Source: Poseidonia sp. (GTDB taxonomy: Archaea > Thermoplasmatota > Poseidoniia > Poseidoniales > Poseidoniaceae). From it: a DNA stretch of 64,000 nucleotides. The translations under genes were made by a program, and so were the position numbers. The stretch's first letter is position 1, and each line of letters begins with the position of its first letter. The notes under the pieces were generated by a model, which was not told the origin of the DNA, did no database searches, and saw only the letters and a program-made list of their open reading frames with translations. Shown here piece after piece: positions 40,938 through 49,964 of this stretch. The stretch lies in the NCBI GenBank assembly GCA_049627345.1, contig JBMZXF010000004.1, forward strand, positions 17,957 to 81,956, given 5' to 3'.

Positions 40938-41879
40938 ATGCCCGGACTCATTACCATGGACGACTTGTCCAACGAAGACATCTTGAGCATCCTTGACGAT
41001 GCAGAGCGCCTGTTGCCCGTGGCCAAGGGCGAACATTACCTCCCGCTGCTGCAAGGGAAAATTCTCGGGAACCTGTTCTTCGAGCCCAGCACCCGCACTC
41101 GCATGTCGTTTGAAACGGCCATGAAGCGTCTTGGCGGGGATGTCGTGAACCTCGGCGATGTCAAGACCTCGTCCGTGGTCAAAGGCGAGACGCTGTTCGA
41201 TACCATCCAAATGGTGGACGGGTACACCGACATCATTGCGATGCGCCACCCTCGGCAAGGTGCCGCTCAGTACGCCCAAGACGCTGCGCGCGTCCCCATC
41301 CTCAACGGAGGAGACGGCGCTGGCCACCACCCCACGCAAACCATGCTTGACCTGTTCACCATTCGACAGGCCCACGGTCGCCTCGAAGGACTGAAAGTCA
41401 TCCTTGCCGGCGACTTGCGCTACGGACGAACCGTCCACTCGCTGAGCCACGCCTTGACGCGATTTGGATGCGAACTCATCTTCGCCAGTCCTGAACTGCT
41501 CAAGATGCCAAGAGAAATCGTCTCGGACCTCACCGCCCACGGTGCGAACGTCACCGAAACCGATGACCTGCTGGGCTCCATTGCATCGGCCGACGTGGTC
41601 TACATGACCCGAATCCAAAAGGAGCGTTTCGCTGATGAAGACGAATACACCAAGGTAGCGGGGGCCTACAAGCTCCATGCCTCAAACCTTGAGGGCGCGA
41701 AAGAGAACATGATCATCATGCACCCGTTGCCTCGGGTGGACGAAATCCACCCCTCGGTTGACGCAACCCGGCACGCACGCTATTTCGAACAGGCGTTCAA
41801 CGGTGTCGTGGCCCGCATGGCCCTGCTTTGCAGGTTGTTAAACATCGAAGTTCCCGCTCTTGTTGGAGGTGAGGCCTGA
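40938..41879 (+). CDS. pyrB: Aspartate carbamoyltransferase catalytic subunit
   Basis: It has STRTR and HPTQ motifs and a carbamoyl-phosphate binding region. Its stop overlaps the pyrI start in an ATGA arrangement. Confidence 0.9.
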   Translation: MPGLITMDDLSNEDILSILDDAERLLPVAKGEHYLPLLQGKILGNLFFEPSTRTRMSFETAMKRLGGDVVNLGDVKTSSVVKGETLFDTIQMVDGYTDIIAMRHPRQGAAQYAQDAARVPILNGGDGAGHHPTQTMLDLFTIRQAHGRLEGLKVILAGDLRYGRTVHSLSHALTRFGCELIFASPELLKMPREIVSDLTAHGANVTETDDLLGSIASADVVYMTRIQKERFADEDEYTKVAGAYKLHASNLEGAKENMIIMHPLPRVDEIHPSVDATRHARYFEQAFNGVVARMALLCRLLNIEVPALVGGEA

Positions 41880-42355
41880 TGTCCCAAGAACACAACATGC
41901 GCCGTGTAACCGCCATTCGAAACGGCACGGTCATCGACCACATTCCTGCCGGCCAAGCCATGCGTGTTCTGGAAATGCTGGGCATCAACAAAGGGACGTC
42001 CGTTCCCGTCTCGCTGGTGATGAACGTCCCCTCGAAGAAAAAGGGAACAAAGGACATCATCAAGGTCGAAGACCGCGAACTCAACCAGGACGAACTCAAC
42101 CGCCTCGCCTTGGTGGCACCTGATGCACACGTCGCCATCATTCGCGCCTACATCGTTGCGGAGAAGTTGACCATCGAATTGGGGGATGAAATCACCAACG
42201 TGGTCCGATGCACCTTCTCCAACTGCATCACGACCAACCCCCGAGAGCCCCTTGCTCACCGGCTCAAGGTCATGAGCAGAGCGCCCCTTGAACTCCGATG
42301 CCACTACTGCGGTCGACCTCAGGACTTGGACGAATTGGTTCACAACGTCCTCTGA
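41879..42355 (+). CDS. pyrI: Aspartate carbamoyltransferase regulatory subunit
   Basis: It is 158 aa with a C-terminal zinc-binding domain CxxxxC...CxYC (CTFSNC...CHYC). It is translationally coupled to pyrB. Confidence 0.85.
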   Translation: MSQEHNMRRVTAIRNGTVIDHIPAGQAMRVLEMLGINKGTSVPVSLVMNVPSKKKGTKDIIKVEDRELNQDELNRLALVAPDAHVAIIRAYIVAEKLTIELGDEITNVVRCTFSNCITTNPREPLAHRLKVMSRAPLELRCHYCGRPQDLDELVHNVL

Positions 42356-42358
42356 CGG

Positions 42359-43363
42359 TCATTCAACGCCGAGCAAATCTCGCATGTCGCAGGCCTTGCA
42401 TTGAGCCGCTGATGTTGGACTTCCGCAACGTGGACAAGGCGTCGGTGGAGCAGGCCGCCCTTCGTCACCACCCAACGCTACAATTTGGTCCCGCAGCCCT
42501 TTGATTTGGTCGGCCATTCGCACCAAACCGTGCCGGGTGCCAGGCACATCCGCTTCCATGTGCGCCACCATTTCTCGGTGGCGCCACCGAAGCGCACCAC
42601 GGGCGTTCGGACACTCCTCGTGGTGCATGGGGAGGGATTTGTGCAGGGCGTAGAGGTGAATTTCCTGTTCTGGGACCCAGCGCAACGGAACAATCCTCGG
42701 TGCGAGCCCGTCAACGGGCGTGGCGGTGTGAGGCGCAAGGCGGAGGGTGCGCTCAATGTCGGCGTTGGCCATGTTCATCAAAACGGTTTGAGCCATGTCG
42801 TCCAAATTGTGGCCAAGAGCGATGACATCGGCACCGACCTTGGTCGCAAGGTGATTGATGCCCTGTCGACGAAAAACGCCGCAATACGAGCACGCCATTC
42901 GTGGGGCATCGTTGTCCTTGGCCATCACCATCGGTAAGCGTTTCACGACCTCGTCCATTTCAATGAACGACAATTCGGGATAGGACACCACGTGGTGTTC
43001 AACGCCCAACCGTTCACACAACGAGGCAGCGCATTCGATGGAAGGTGGGCGGTAACCTTCGATGCCTTCGTCAACGGTTCCGGCCACGATGGTCACGTCC
43101 CGCCGCTGGCCGACCAAATCGACGATGGCGTCGAGGAGAACGGCGGAATCCTTCCCGCCGGAGACAGCTACGAGGATGGTCGTGTGTTCCCCCTTCACCA
43201 GCGGGAGTTGGAGGCGGAGTTCCTTGCTGATCTTCTTTCGAACGGACTTGGCGAGATGTTTCCCGCAGAGGATTCTTCCGGAGTAGGCCTGTTCAACCAC
43301 GGCGGGTTTGTCGCAAGCGTCACAACGAGGCACAGAAAACAAGGCGCCCGTTGATTCTCCCAT
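42359..43363 (-). CDS. ttuA: tRNA thiolation PP-loop ATPase (TtuA/Ncs6/TtcA family)
   Basis: It has an SGGKDS PP-loop, N- and C-terminal CxxC zinc fingers and a central CSYCG cluster. Confidence 0.7.
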   Translation of the reverse strand: MGESTGALFSVPRCDACDKPAVVEQAYSGRILCGKHLAKSVRKKISKELRLQLPLVKGEHTTILVAVSGGKDSAVLLDAIVDLVGQRRDVTIVAGTVDEGIEGYRPPSIECAASLCERLGVEHHVVSYPELSFIEMDEVVKRLPMVMAKDNDAPRMACSYCGVFRRQGINHLATKVGADVIALGHNLDDMAQTVLMNMANADIERTLRLAPHTATPVDGLAPRIVPLRWVPEQEIHLYALHKSLPMHHEECPNARGALRWRHREMVAHMEADVPGTRHGLVRMADQIKGLRDQIVALGGDEGRPAPPTPCPRCGSPTSAAQCKACDMRDLLGVE

Positions 43364-43432
43364 GAGATGGCCTACAAGGTGTGAGGTTTGAACTCAACGG
43401 AAAGAGGCGGGCGGCTCGTCGAACTCAACACC

Positions 43433-43500
43433 TCTATTTTATTTGAATGATTTTCCAATTAGAAATTCAAAATTTCAATTGGATTTTTGGATAAATGAGG
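43433..43500. other. Strongly AT-rich core of a 335 bp intergenic island containing an inverted repeat CCAATTAGAAATT / AATTTCAATTGG
   Basis: The region is tctattttatttgaatgattttccaattagaaattcaaaatttcaattggatttttggataaatgagg, sitting inside a genome of roughly 60% GC. It is a divergent promoter region between ttuA and the roadblock operon. Confidence 0.5.
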
Positions 43501-43698
43501 ACATCGCATTTCCTCGTCGCCCATGCCGTGTCGCACCCAAATTCCGCGCACTGAAGGCAATTGAAGTGCGCTGCGTTGGAGGGAACAAATCTGCATTTCC
43601 AGTTGGAAAATGAGAAAGGGTGCTCAAACCTGCAAAATTCGCCGTTCAGGCGCAAAACTTCTTGAAGGCCACAGCGCTGTCCGTTGGATTGAGCAACC

Positions 43699-44040
43699 AT
43701 GCTGCAGCGCTTGTTAGGGGAGTTCCTGAACGTTGACGGCGTGCAGCAGGCCACCGCCATTGACGATCGTGGACGGTTGCTCTCCTGTGTTGGAACAGAG
43801 GGTCAACTCCCCTCAACACAACGCGCCATTGACTTGACGGTGGCAGCCCTCGACGCGGCACAAGGAAGCCAGTTGGGCGAACTCCAGGAGGTGTGGGTCG
43901 AGGGCGAAGCCACGACGTGCATTGACATCATCACCCCCTACCGCATCTTGATGCTGTCCGGAGGTCAAGGAAACATCGCTCGCTGGCGCCACAGCGTCGA
44001 CCGATTGCGTCGACAACTGGCTACAACCCCTGAATTCTAG
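43699..44040 (+). CDS. Roadblock/LC7 (MglB-like) domain protein
   Basis: It is 113 aa. The sequence LLGEFLNVDGVQQATAIDDRGRLLSCVG...WVEGEATTCIDIITPYRILMLSGGQGN fits the roadblock alpha-beta fold signature. Its TAG stop lies immediately before the GTG start of the next gene. Confidence 0.75.
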   Translation: MLQRLLGEFLNVDGVQQATAIDDRGRLLSCVGTEGQLPSTQRAIDLTVAALDAAQGSQLGELQEVWVEGEATTCIDIITPYRILMLSGGQGNIARWRHSVDRLRRQLATTPEF

Positions 44041-47000
44041 GTGAACACCGTGTTTGAACTGCCGATTGGAAAGCCCGTCAATGAATCCATCTCGCTCGAG
44101 GAGGGCGTGCTCCAGCCCTTCGCTCACGGCGTCATCACAACCTATGCAGGACGCCGGAAAACGCCACAGGGCCACCGACTTGTTCGGGCAGGCCGAGTGG
44201 TGGGCTACCTGTGCGACGGCGACAAAAAAGGTGTCATGCTGGGCGGTGCGGAAGCAAAATCAGCCCTCGAAGCCCTCGAAGCACAACAAAAAGTGCGGCA
44301 CGTTGCTTCTTCGTACACCATCGCCCGCCTTGGCGCCCTGGCCGAACTTGTTCCGGAAGCCTTCGTTCACCAAGCGGATCGGCAAGGACTCAAATCGAGC
44401 AGCAACGCCGTGGAGCGCCTCTTGGCACGCGACCTCTCCACTGTGGTCAAGACATTGGCCGAGGACATGACGGTTCGTGGTGCCATGGCCATCGACAGCG
44501 GGATGCTCATCGACCATGCCGGCGACCTACCAGGCCTTGGTGAGGAAGAACGTCTGGCCAGTGAACTTCACGAATTGATGAGCGGCATGGGCCACCAGTC
44601 GATGCACGAAGGATGGGGCATGTCCGGCCAAAGCCACTGGACGCTCCACACCGAAAACGGTGCCCTGCTGCTGGCTCAAAGCGGCGAGATATCAATTGCA
44701 GCATGGACGGAGAAGGACGCCAATCACGCTCGCCTCCTTTCATCGTCGTCCCTCGCCCTTGAAGGCGACCTCATCGCTGCTGGCGCCCACGGCTCAAAAC
44801 TGCCCGAGGGGTTCACGCTCCGAGAAGGGCGTGGCGGCCCTGATGCGGTGCTCTCCATGCTGAAAGCCGCCGTGCAGGAAGAAGTGACGGGCCACCTTCA
44901 ATCTGGATCCTCGAGTAAAGCGGTCTCGCTCATTCTGTCGCGTGGGGTCCCTGTTGCCCTTTGGGCCCCTTCGGTGGAGACCAATGAGGAAGCCATGCTC
45001 GCACTTACCGAAGCGAAGCGCAAGGTGCAACTCATCCGCTTACCCGCCGGGACCATCGTATCGGCCAACTCAGGAACCGTCGAGGGTTTCACCCTGGCAG
45101 GTTTCATTGAAACCCTGGCCACCGTCCGTACGCGGTCCGAAGCCCGTCAAGCCTCGCTCAAGGCGATGTTGGATGACCTGCTCGGCTTTGAAGCCAGTTT
45201 GGAGGCGCTGCGAGCCGCACGCTCCAAGCTCAAGTTCAACACCGGCGGCGCTGACGTTGCCGAAGCCCTGCCCGTGATGCGAGATCAAGCCGTCAGCGCT
45301 GTCGACGCCGGGCTGCGACGTAAACTCGAAATGGCCGAACAACGGGTTGATGCACTCAACAAGGAAAAGGCCGTGCTGACCTCCCAGGTGAACGCCCTGG
45401 AGAAGAAGAAAGATGCAGCACAGATCGTTGCACGAGAGGCCACGGAATCACGCCAAGAAAACACCACGGCGTTGGAGGAGGCACACCGTCAACTGAACAC
45501 CATGCAGGTGGACCTTGCCCAAGCACGTTCGCAATGGGAAGAAGCGGAATCCCGTGCTGAACGCCTTGTGCGGCGAGTCAACGAACTGGAACATCAAGTC
45601 AGTGAGCGGGCTGCTGAACTGGCAAAGGCGGTCGGCGATGCAGAAAGCAGTGCGGAATTGCAAACGATGCTCGAGGAACTCTCGCTGAAGGAAGCTGAAC
45701 TTCAGGCCAACCTTGCCGAGGGAAGCGAGCGCCTCAGCGCCATTCGAAAGCAAAGCGAGGATGAGGAACGACGGCTTCGAGTGTTAAGCGAACAAGTCAA
45801 CACCAGCCGTGAACGGCACGCCCGAGCCCAAGCTGACCTGATTGGTGTGCAAGAGCAGATTCATGTGAGCAACCTTGAGCTTGAAACGGTTCGAACCGAG
45901 GAGAAGCACGCACGCCAGCGCACCGAAGAAGACCGCCTTCGACGAGCGGAGGATGAAGCGCGTCGGGCCAACATCCAGGCAGAATTGCGGGAACTCATGG
46001 ACGAGCGCCGTCAGGTGTTGCGTGAGTTGGGCGACCTCGGAGCTCGTCGTGGTCATGCGGAAGCCGAGTTGTCCACCCTGGTCGACAAAGCCACCTCCTT
46101 AGCGGAAGCTCACGAAGAAGCCCTCGCTGACATCCAAGAAGCGGAGCGCCTGCGCGCCCGCTTGGCCGAAGAACCGCTTGCACAAGCCTTGCTGGACGAC
46201 AACACGACCTTCCAAGGCTTGGGCCCTGTGTTGGAACGCCTCGAACACGCCCGTAGCCTCGGGTACTCGGTCACGATGCTTGACAGAGCGGTCGAACGGG
46301 CTTTGCAAGTCATTCAGGGAACGGTCGATCATGTCGCCGCAACACCGCGCCACCTCCTGTCCTCGGAAGTCATGACGTTGTTGGAGCGCCAAGTGCCGCA
46401 AACGGCGGGTGCTGTACGAGGGTTGGCTCGCTGGTCCGTGCAGCAGCGGCTTGAACAACAACTCGGCGAAACCGTCAACCATGTCGTTGTCGACCTCGAG
46501 CATCTGCTCGAAGACTTTGACCGCTCCATCACCATGCTCCGCCGCATCCGGAACGTGCTCGAACAGGTTGAGCGACTCGGCGCGCCCTCCCATGAAGTCC
46601 ATGCACTGCTGGCCAACTGTCAACGACCCGAGGCCCTGCCAAGCCTGGCCATGGGCACCCGAAAACTGATTCAAGTGGCGCTGGATGACATCTACCTCGA
46701 AGCCGACCAACGCGATGCCGGCGAGGCCATCGGCCTCGAAGAAACTGCACGTGTTCTTGAGGAACTCATCACGCAACTCGATGCATCGGGTTTGACCGAC
46801 GGACGACCACGCGGCATGATGTGGGAGTTCCAACGCGACGGCTTGCTTCCGTTTGAGCGAGAGTCCATTCCTGCTGAGCAGCGCCTTCCCGTGAACGAGG
46901 CCATGCTGGACGGCATGGAGCCTCATCTCATCCAGGCGGAAGCCGTTGAGATCGTCGCCCCGGATACCAGCGAAACGGTGGACGATGAAGGATGGTCTCC

Positions 47001-47232
47001 CCTCCCGCCTCCCACAAGCGAAGATGCTCCTGTAAGCGAGACCGTGGAACCCCGCAACACGATGGCATCTGCTGAGTCACTGGAGGACGAACGCGCACAA
47101 CTCGAGGCGGAACTCGCTCGCTTGGATGCTGAACGCAGCCACCGTATCGCTCACACCCCCGCTCCAGCCACCAACGGTGCTGATACAGCCCTGGCTGACC
47201 TTGAGTCTCGCCTGTCTGACATTGAATTCTGA
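44041..47232 (+). CDS. Giant (1063 aa) coiled-coil protein with an internal roadblock/LC7-like domain
   Basis: It has a GTG start. Residues about 130-235 (VVKTLAEDMTVRGAMAIDSGMLIDHAGD...HWTLHTENGALLLAQSGEISIAAW) look like a second roadblock domain. Residues about 400-760 are Glu/Arg/Ala/Leu-rich heptad-like coiled coil. The C-terminal tail is acidic. No Walker motifs were seen. Confidence 0.7.
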   Translation: MNTVFELPIGKPVNESISLEEGVLQPFAHGVITTYAGRRKTPQGHRLVRAGRVVGYLCDGDKKGVMLGGAEAKSALEALEAQQKVRHVASSYTIARLGALAELVPEAFVHQADRQGLKSSSNAVERLLARDLSTVVKTLAEDMTVRGAMAIDSGMLIDHAGDLPGLGEEERLASELHELMSGMGHQSMHEGWGMSGQSHWTLHTENGALLLAQSGEISIAAWTEKDANHARLLSSSSLALEGDLIAAGAHGSKLPEGFTLREGRGGPDAVLSMLKAAVQEEVTGHLQSGSSSKAVSLILSRGVPVALWAPSVETNEEAMLALTEAKRKVQLIRLPAGTIVSANSGTVEGFTLAGFIETLATVRTRSEARQASLKAMLDDLLGFEASLEALRAARSKLKFNTGGADVAEALPVMRDQAVSAVDAGLRRKLEMAEQRVDALNKEKAVLTSQVNALEKKKDAAQIVAREATESRQENTTALEEAHRQLNTMQVDLAQARSQWEEAESRAERLVRRVNELEHQVSERAAELAKAVGDAESSAELQTMLEELSLKEAELQANLAEGSERLSAIRKQSEDEERRLRVLSEQVNTSRERHARAQADLIGVQEQIHVSNLELETVRTEEKHARQRTEEDRLRRAEDEARRANIQAELRELMDERRQVLRELGDLGARRGHAEAELSTLVDKATSLAEAHEEALADIQEAERLRARLAEEPLAQALLDDNTTFQGLGPVLERLEHARSLGYSVTMLDRAVERALQVIQGTVDHVAATPRHLLSSEVMTLLERQVPQTAGAVRGLARWSVQQRLEQQLGETVNHVVVDLEHLLEDFDRSITMLRRIRNVLEQVERLGAPSHEVHALLANCQRPEALPSLAMGTRKLIQVALDDIYLEADQRDAGEAIGLEETARVLEELITQLDASGLTDGRPRGMMWEFQRDGLLPFERESIPAEQRLPVNEAMLDGMEPHLIQAEAVEIVAPDTSETVDDEGWSPLPPPTSEDAPVSETVEPRNTMASAESLEDERAQLEAELARLDAERSHRIAHTPAPATNGADTALADLESRLSDIEF

Positions 47233-47240
47233 AGATCGAC

Positions 47241-47486
47241 ATGCCGACCGACGCTACCACCCTCATGGGCAGAGAAGAAACCGTTGGAAAACGGTACCCG
47301 CTCTGGATGGAGCGGCTGCTCTTGCTAAGCGCCATCGTTGTGTTCGTTCTCGGTCGATCGGTGGTCGCCGACACCGTGAGTCAGCCCGTGGCGAGCGTTC
47401 TCGTGACGTACATCGCCTTCCCGCTCACCTTGCTGGCAGGCGTGGAACTCTTTGGCCGTGCGCTTCAAGCCTCGATGCGGTCATAG
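47241..47486 (+). CDS. Small two-TM membrane protein (hypothetical)
   Basis: It is 81 aa and lies 8 bp after the giant protein stop. Confidence 0.4.
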   Translation: MPTDATTLMGREETVGKRYPLWMERLLLLSAIVVFVLGRSVVADTVSQPVASVLVTYIAFPLTLLAGVELFGRALQASMRS

Positions 47487-48698
47487 TTGCGAGAATTCCT
47501 TGGTTTCCGGCTCGGGAGGAAGCCGACTGGTTTTGGATTGGATGAACCCGATCACACGCTGCCAGGGAATGAAGAACCGAAGCACGGCCATGATGCTCAA
47601 GAACAACAGTGCCGAGATGACCAGCCCATAGGTCAACGTCAGTTCAATCGATTCTGACACTTGGCCCGCCCACTGACTTCCCGTGGTGTCCGAGACAACG
47701 GTCAGCAGGACCTTGTGGAAACCGAGCGCCACCATGGTGGCCACGCCGGTCAGACCGAGGAACAGGAAGGTGTGTCGAAGGTGGGTGTTGAGCACGTTGT
47801 CCATCTGGCGGACGTATTCGGGGTCTCGCTTGCACGACTCAGGGAGGCGGAAGGCGTACTCAAGGTTGCGAATGACGCCGTAGCTGGCCTCTTGGAACAC
47901 CATGATCAGCACGGCGATGAGGATGAGGTTGAATTGTTCCTGCGTCACGAGGTTGAGGCCGAACAAACCGATGGTGGGGTCGGAGGTTTGACTCTCCAGT
48001 GTGGCGAGGGCCCCACCGTAAGAGCCCAGTTGGGATTTGATGAGCGGGAAGGTCAGGATGGCGTGGATGCCGAGGAAGAGAAGCGTGAACCCGATGGCCC
48101 ATGCGATGGATCGTCGGGACAGGCCCCAAATGCCACGTGTCCCCATGATGACGGGAAGGAGATAGATGAACAGAATGAGCAAGGACATGATCATCAGCAA
48201 CGGCCACTGAAGGGTCTCCAACTCGTCGTTGGTAGGGAACCGAAGGTCAAAGGAAAACAACATGCCAGCGAACCAGGACAACACCAAGCGCCCGATCAAG
48301 AGGACAATGAGGCCGACGATGAAGCCGAGTTTGATGCGCTGTTGCACCTTGGGCGACTGGAACGCAATGAACGCCATCACGCCACCGAGGCCCAGCCCCA
48401 ACACGAGGGGTACGAAGAACCGGGCCATGCCCGTTCGGCCTTCACCGGTCAGCCAGTCGCCCAGCGGGAGTTGGTCGGAAATGAGCAACTCGATGGAATC
48501 GAAGAGGATGGTGTGGTCTATCGAACCCACGACGTAGGTTGAGACAACCTCGAGGTACATGCCGATGAGGGCGATGGTGGCCACGACTTGCAGGGCGATG
48601 ATTTGCCACTGACGACGCAGCGTCTTGAGGTGAAGCGTACGGGGCTTGGCCGCCCCGTCGAGGTAGACGTCCGACTGGAGACCGACTTCACCTGCCAT
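47481..48698 (-). CDS. Polytopic membrane protein (about 10 TM, hypothetical), last gene of the DUF58 operon
   Basis: It is 405 aa and very hydrophobic. There is a 1 bp gap to the upstream DUF58 gene. Confidence 0.55.
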   Translation of the reverse strand: MAGEVGLQSDVYLDGAAKPRTLHLKTLRRQWQIIALQVVATIALIGMYLEVVSTYVVGSIDHTILFDSIELLISDQLPLGDWLTGEGRTGMARFFVPLVLGLGLGGVMAFIAFQSPKVQQRIKLGFIVGLIVLLIGRLVLSWFAGMLFSFDLRFPTNDELETLQWPLLMIMSLLILFIYLLPVIMGTRGIWGLSRRSIAWAIGFTLLFLGIHAILTFPLIKSQLGSYGGALATLESQTSDPTIGLFGLNLVTQEQFNLILIAVLIMVFQEASYGVIRNLEYAFRLPESCKRDPEYVRQMDNVLNTHLRHTFLFLGLTGVATMVALGFHKVLLTVVSDTTGSQWAGQVSESIELTLTYGLVISALLFLSIMAVLRFFIPWQRVIGFIQSKTSRLPPEPETKEFSQL

Positions 48699-48699
48699 C

Positions 48700-49953
48700 T
48701 CAGTACCCCCTCACCTGCATCAAGGCCTGCGACAAATCCATGTCAGGCATCCAATCGATCACTTGGGCTCCCGAGCCCGCAAGGGTCGTCAAACGGTTTT
48801 GCCGCTCCAGTTTCAACACCTCGTAGGACATGCGAGGGATGCGGCTGACCAAGCGTTCGAAATCAACGCTGGACGGCGAGAGCACGGTGACTTCGTGCCC
48901 TCGGCCGACAAGGTCTCGCACGGCGGCCGGCACGGTACCGTCACCCTCGCACGATGAGATGATGAACACGGGGCTGCCGCGACTGAACCGCCCGCTCAAG
49001 GAGTTGGTGACCGCTTGGAGTGGCATGGCACCTTTTGGACGGACGCCTGCAAGCGCACTGAGGATCTTGAAGTACTGCTTGTCGCCGGTGTCGGGCGGCA
49101 AGTAAGCGAGTTTTTCGTCGTAGATGGCGAGGGCCACCGAATCTCTGCGCTTCAGGAAAAACGCTGCCAGACTGGCGGCCGAGACGGTGCCCATCTCGAG
49201 GGGATTCTTGAGCACCGTACCGATGCGAGCCAAATCACGGCTGTCGAGGATGAGGTACAGGTCGGTGACGGCGTCCCGGCACTTTTCGTTGACCATCAAT
49301 TCCCCGGTGCGAGCGAAGGCTTTCCAGTTGATGTTCTTGAACGGGTCGCCGGGCACGTATTCTCGAAGCGAGTAGAATTCTGAGCCCTGCCCGGGTGTTC
49401 GGAGGGTGGTTGCGCCGGTGTACATCTTCGGGGTTCGACTGCGCAGGAACGCCTCCTCGATGTCCTTGATTTGTGGGAAGATGACGATGTCGCTGTGATG
49501 GTCGACGTACATCTCCTCAACGCCCAGGTTAAACGTGTTGCGGGCCCGCAGCGACACGGGGCCAATGGAGTAGTGCCCACGAAGCGGACATCGGAGGACG
49601 TAGCGAATGCGGGCGCTTTCGCCGGGTTTGAGGTTGAGTTGCATCTGGTTGAGGCCGCTGCGCAACTTCATCTCGTGAGGGATGTTGTCGTAGATGTCCA
49701 ACATCTGCGTCTTTCGGTTGCTGCGGTTGGTCACCAGCAATTCCACGTACAGGTCGTCGCCCTTGTACAGGTTATCGGCCGACAGGGTGCGTTGAACTTC
49801 AACATCGCCGTGACCCGAAATCCATGAATTCACCACGATGAAGGCGATGAGGCTCAACCCGAGGATCATCATTTGTTGATTGGAGATCATCATCCCGATG
49901 AGCACCAGCGCAATCCCGCCGGTGAAGGTGAAGGCTGCCTTTCTTGTCCACAT
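48700..49953 (-). CDS. DUF58 family protein (MoxR-associated, vWA-like)
   Basis: It has two N-terminal TM helices and the SLREYVPGDPFKNINWKAFARTGELMV signature, which follows the REYxxGDxxxxIxWK pattern. Confidence 0.75.
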   Translation of the reverse strand: MWTRKAAFTFTGGIALVLIGMMISNQQMMILGLSLIAFIVVNSWISGHGDVEVQRTLSADNLYKGDDLYVELLVTNRSNRKTQMLDIYDNIPHEMKLRSGLNQMQLNLKPGESARIRYVLRCPLRGHYSIGPVSLRARNTFNLGVEEMYVDHHSDIVIFPQIKDIEEAFLRSRTPKMYTGATTLRTPGQGSEFYSLREYVPGDPFKNINWKAFARTGELMVNEKCRDAVTDLYLILDSRDLARIGTVLKNPLEMGTVSAASLAAFFLKRRDSVALAIYDEKLAYLPPDTGDKQYFKILSALAGVRPKGAMPLQAVTNSLSGRFSRGSPVFIISSCEGDGTVPAAVRDLVGRGHEVTVLSPSSVDFERLVSRIPRMSYEVLKLERQNRLTTLAGSGAQVIDWMPDMDLSQALMQVRGY

Positions 49954-49964
49954 GACCCCTCACC

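Noticed and set aside
43467-43861. Small minus-strand ORFs (97 aa and 71 aa) inside the AT-rich island and the roadblock gene
   Set aside because: Their translations are Cys/Arg/Trp-rich nonsense and overlap the convincing roadblock CDS. The island is better explained as non-coding.
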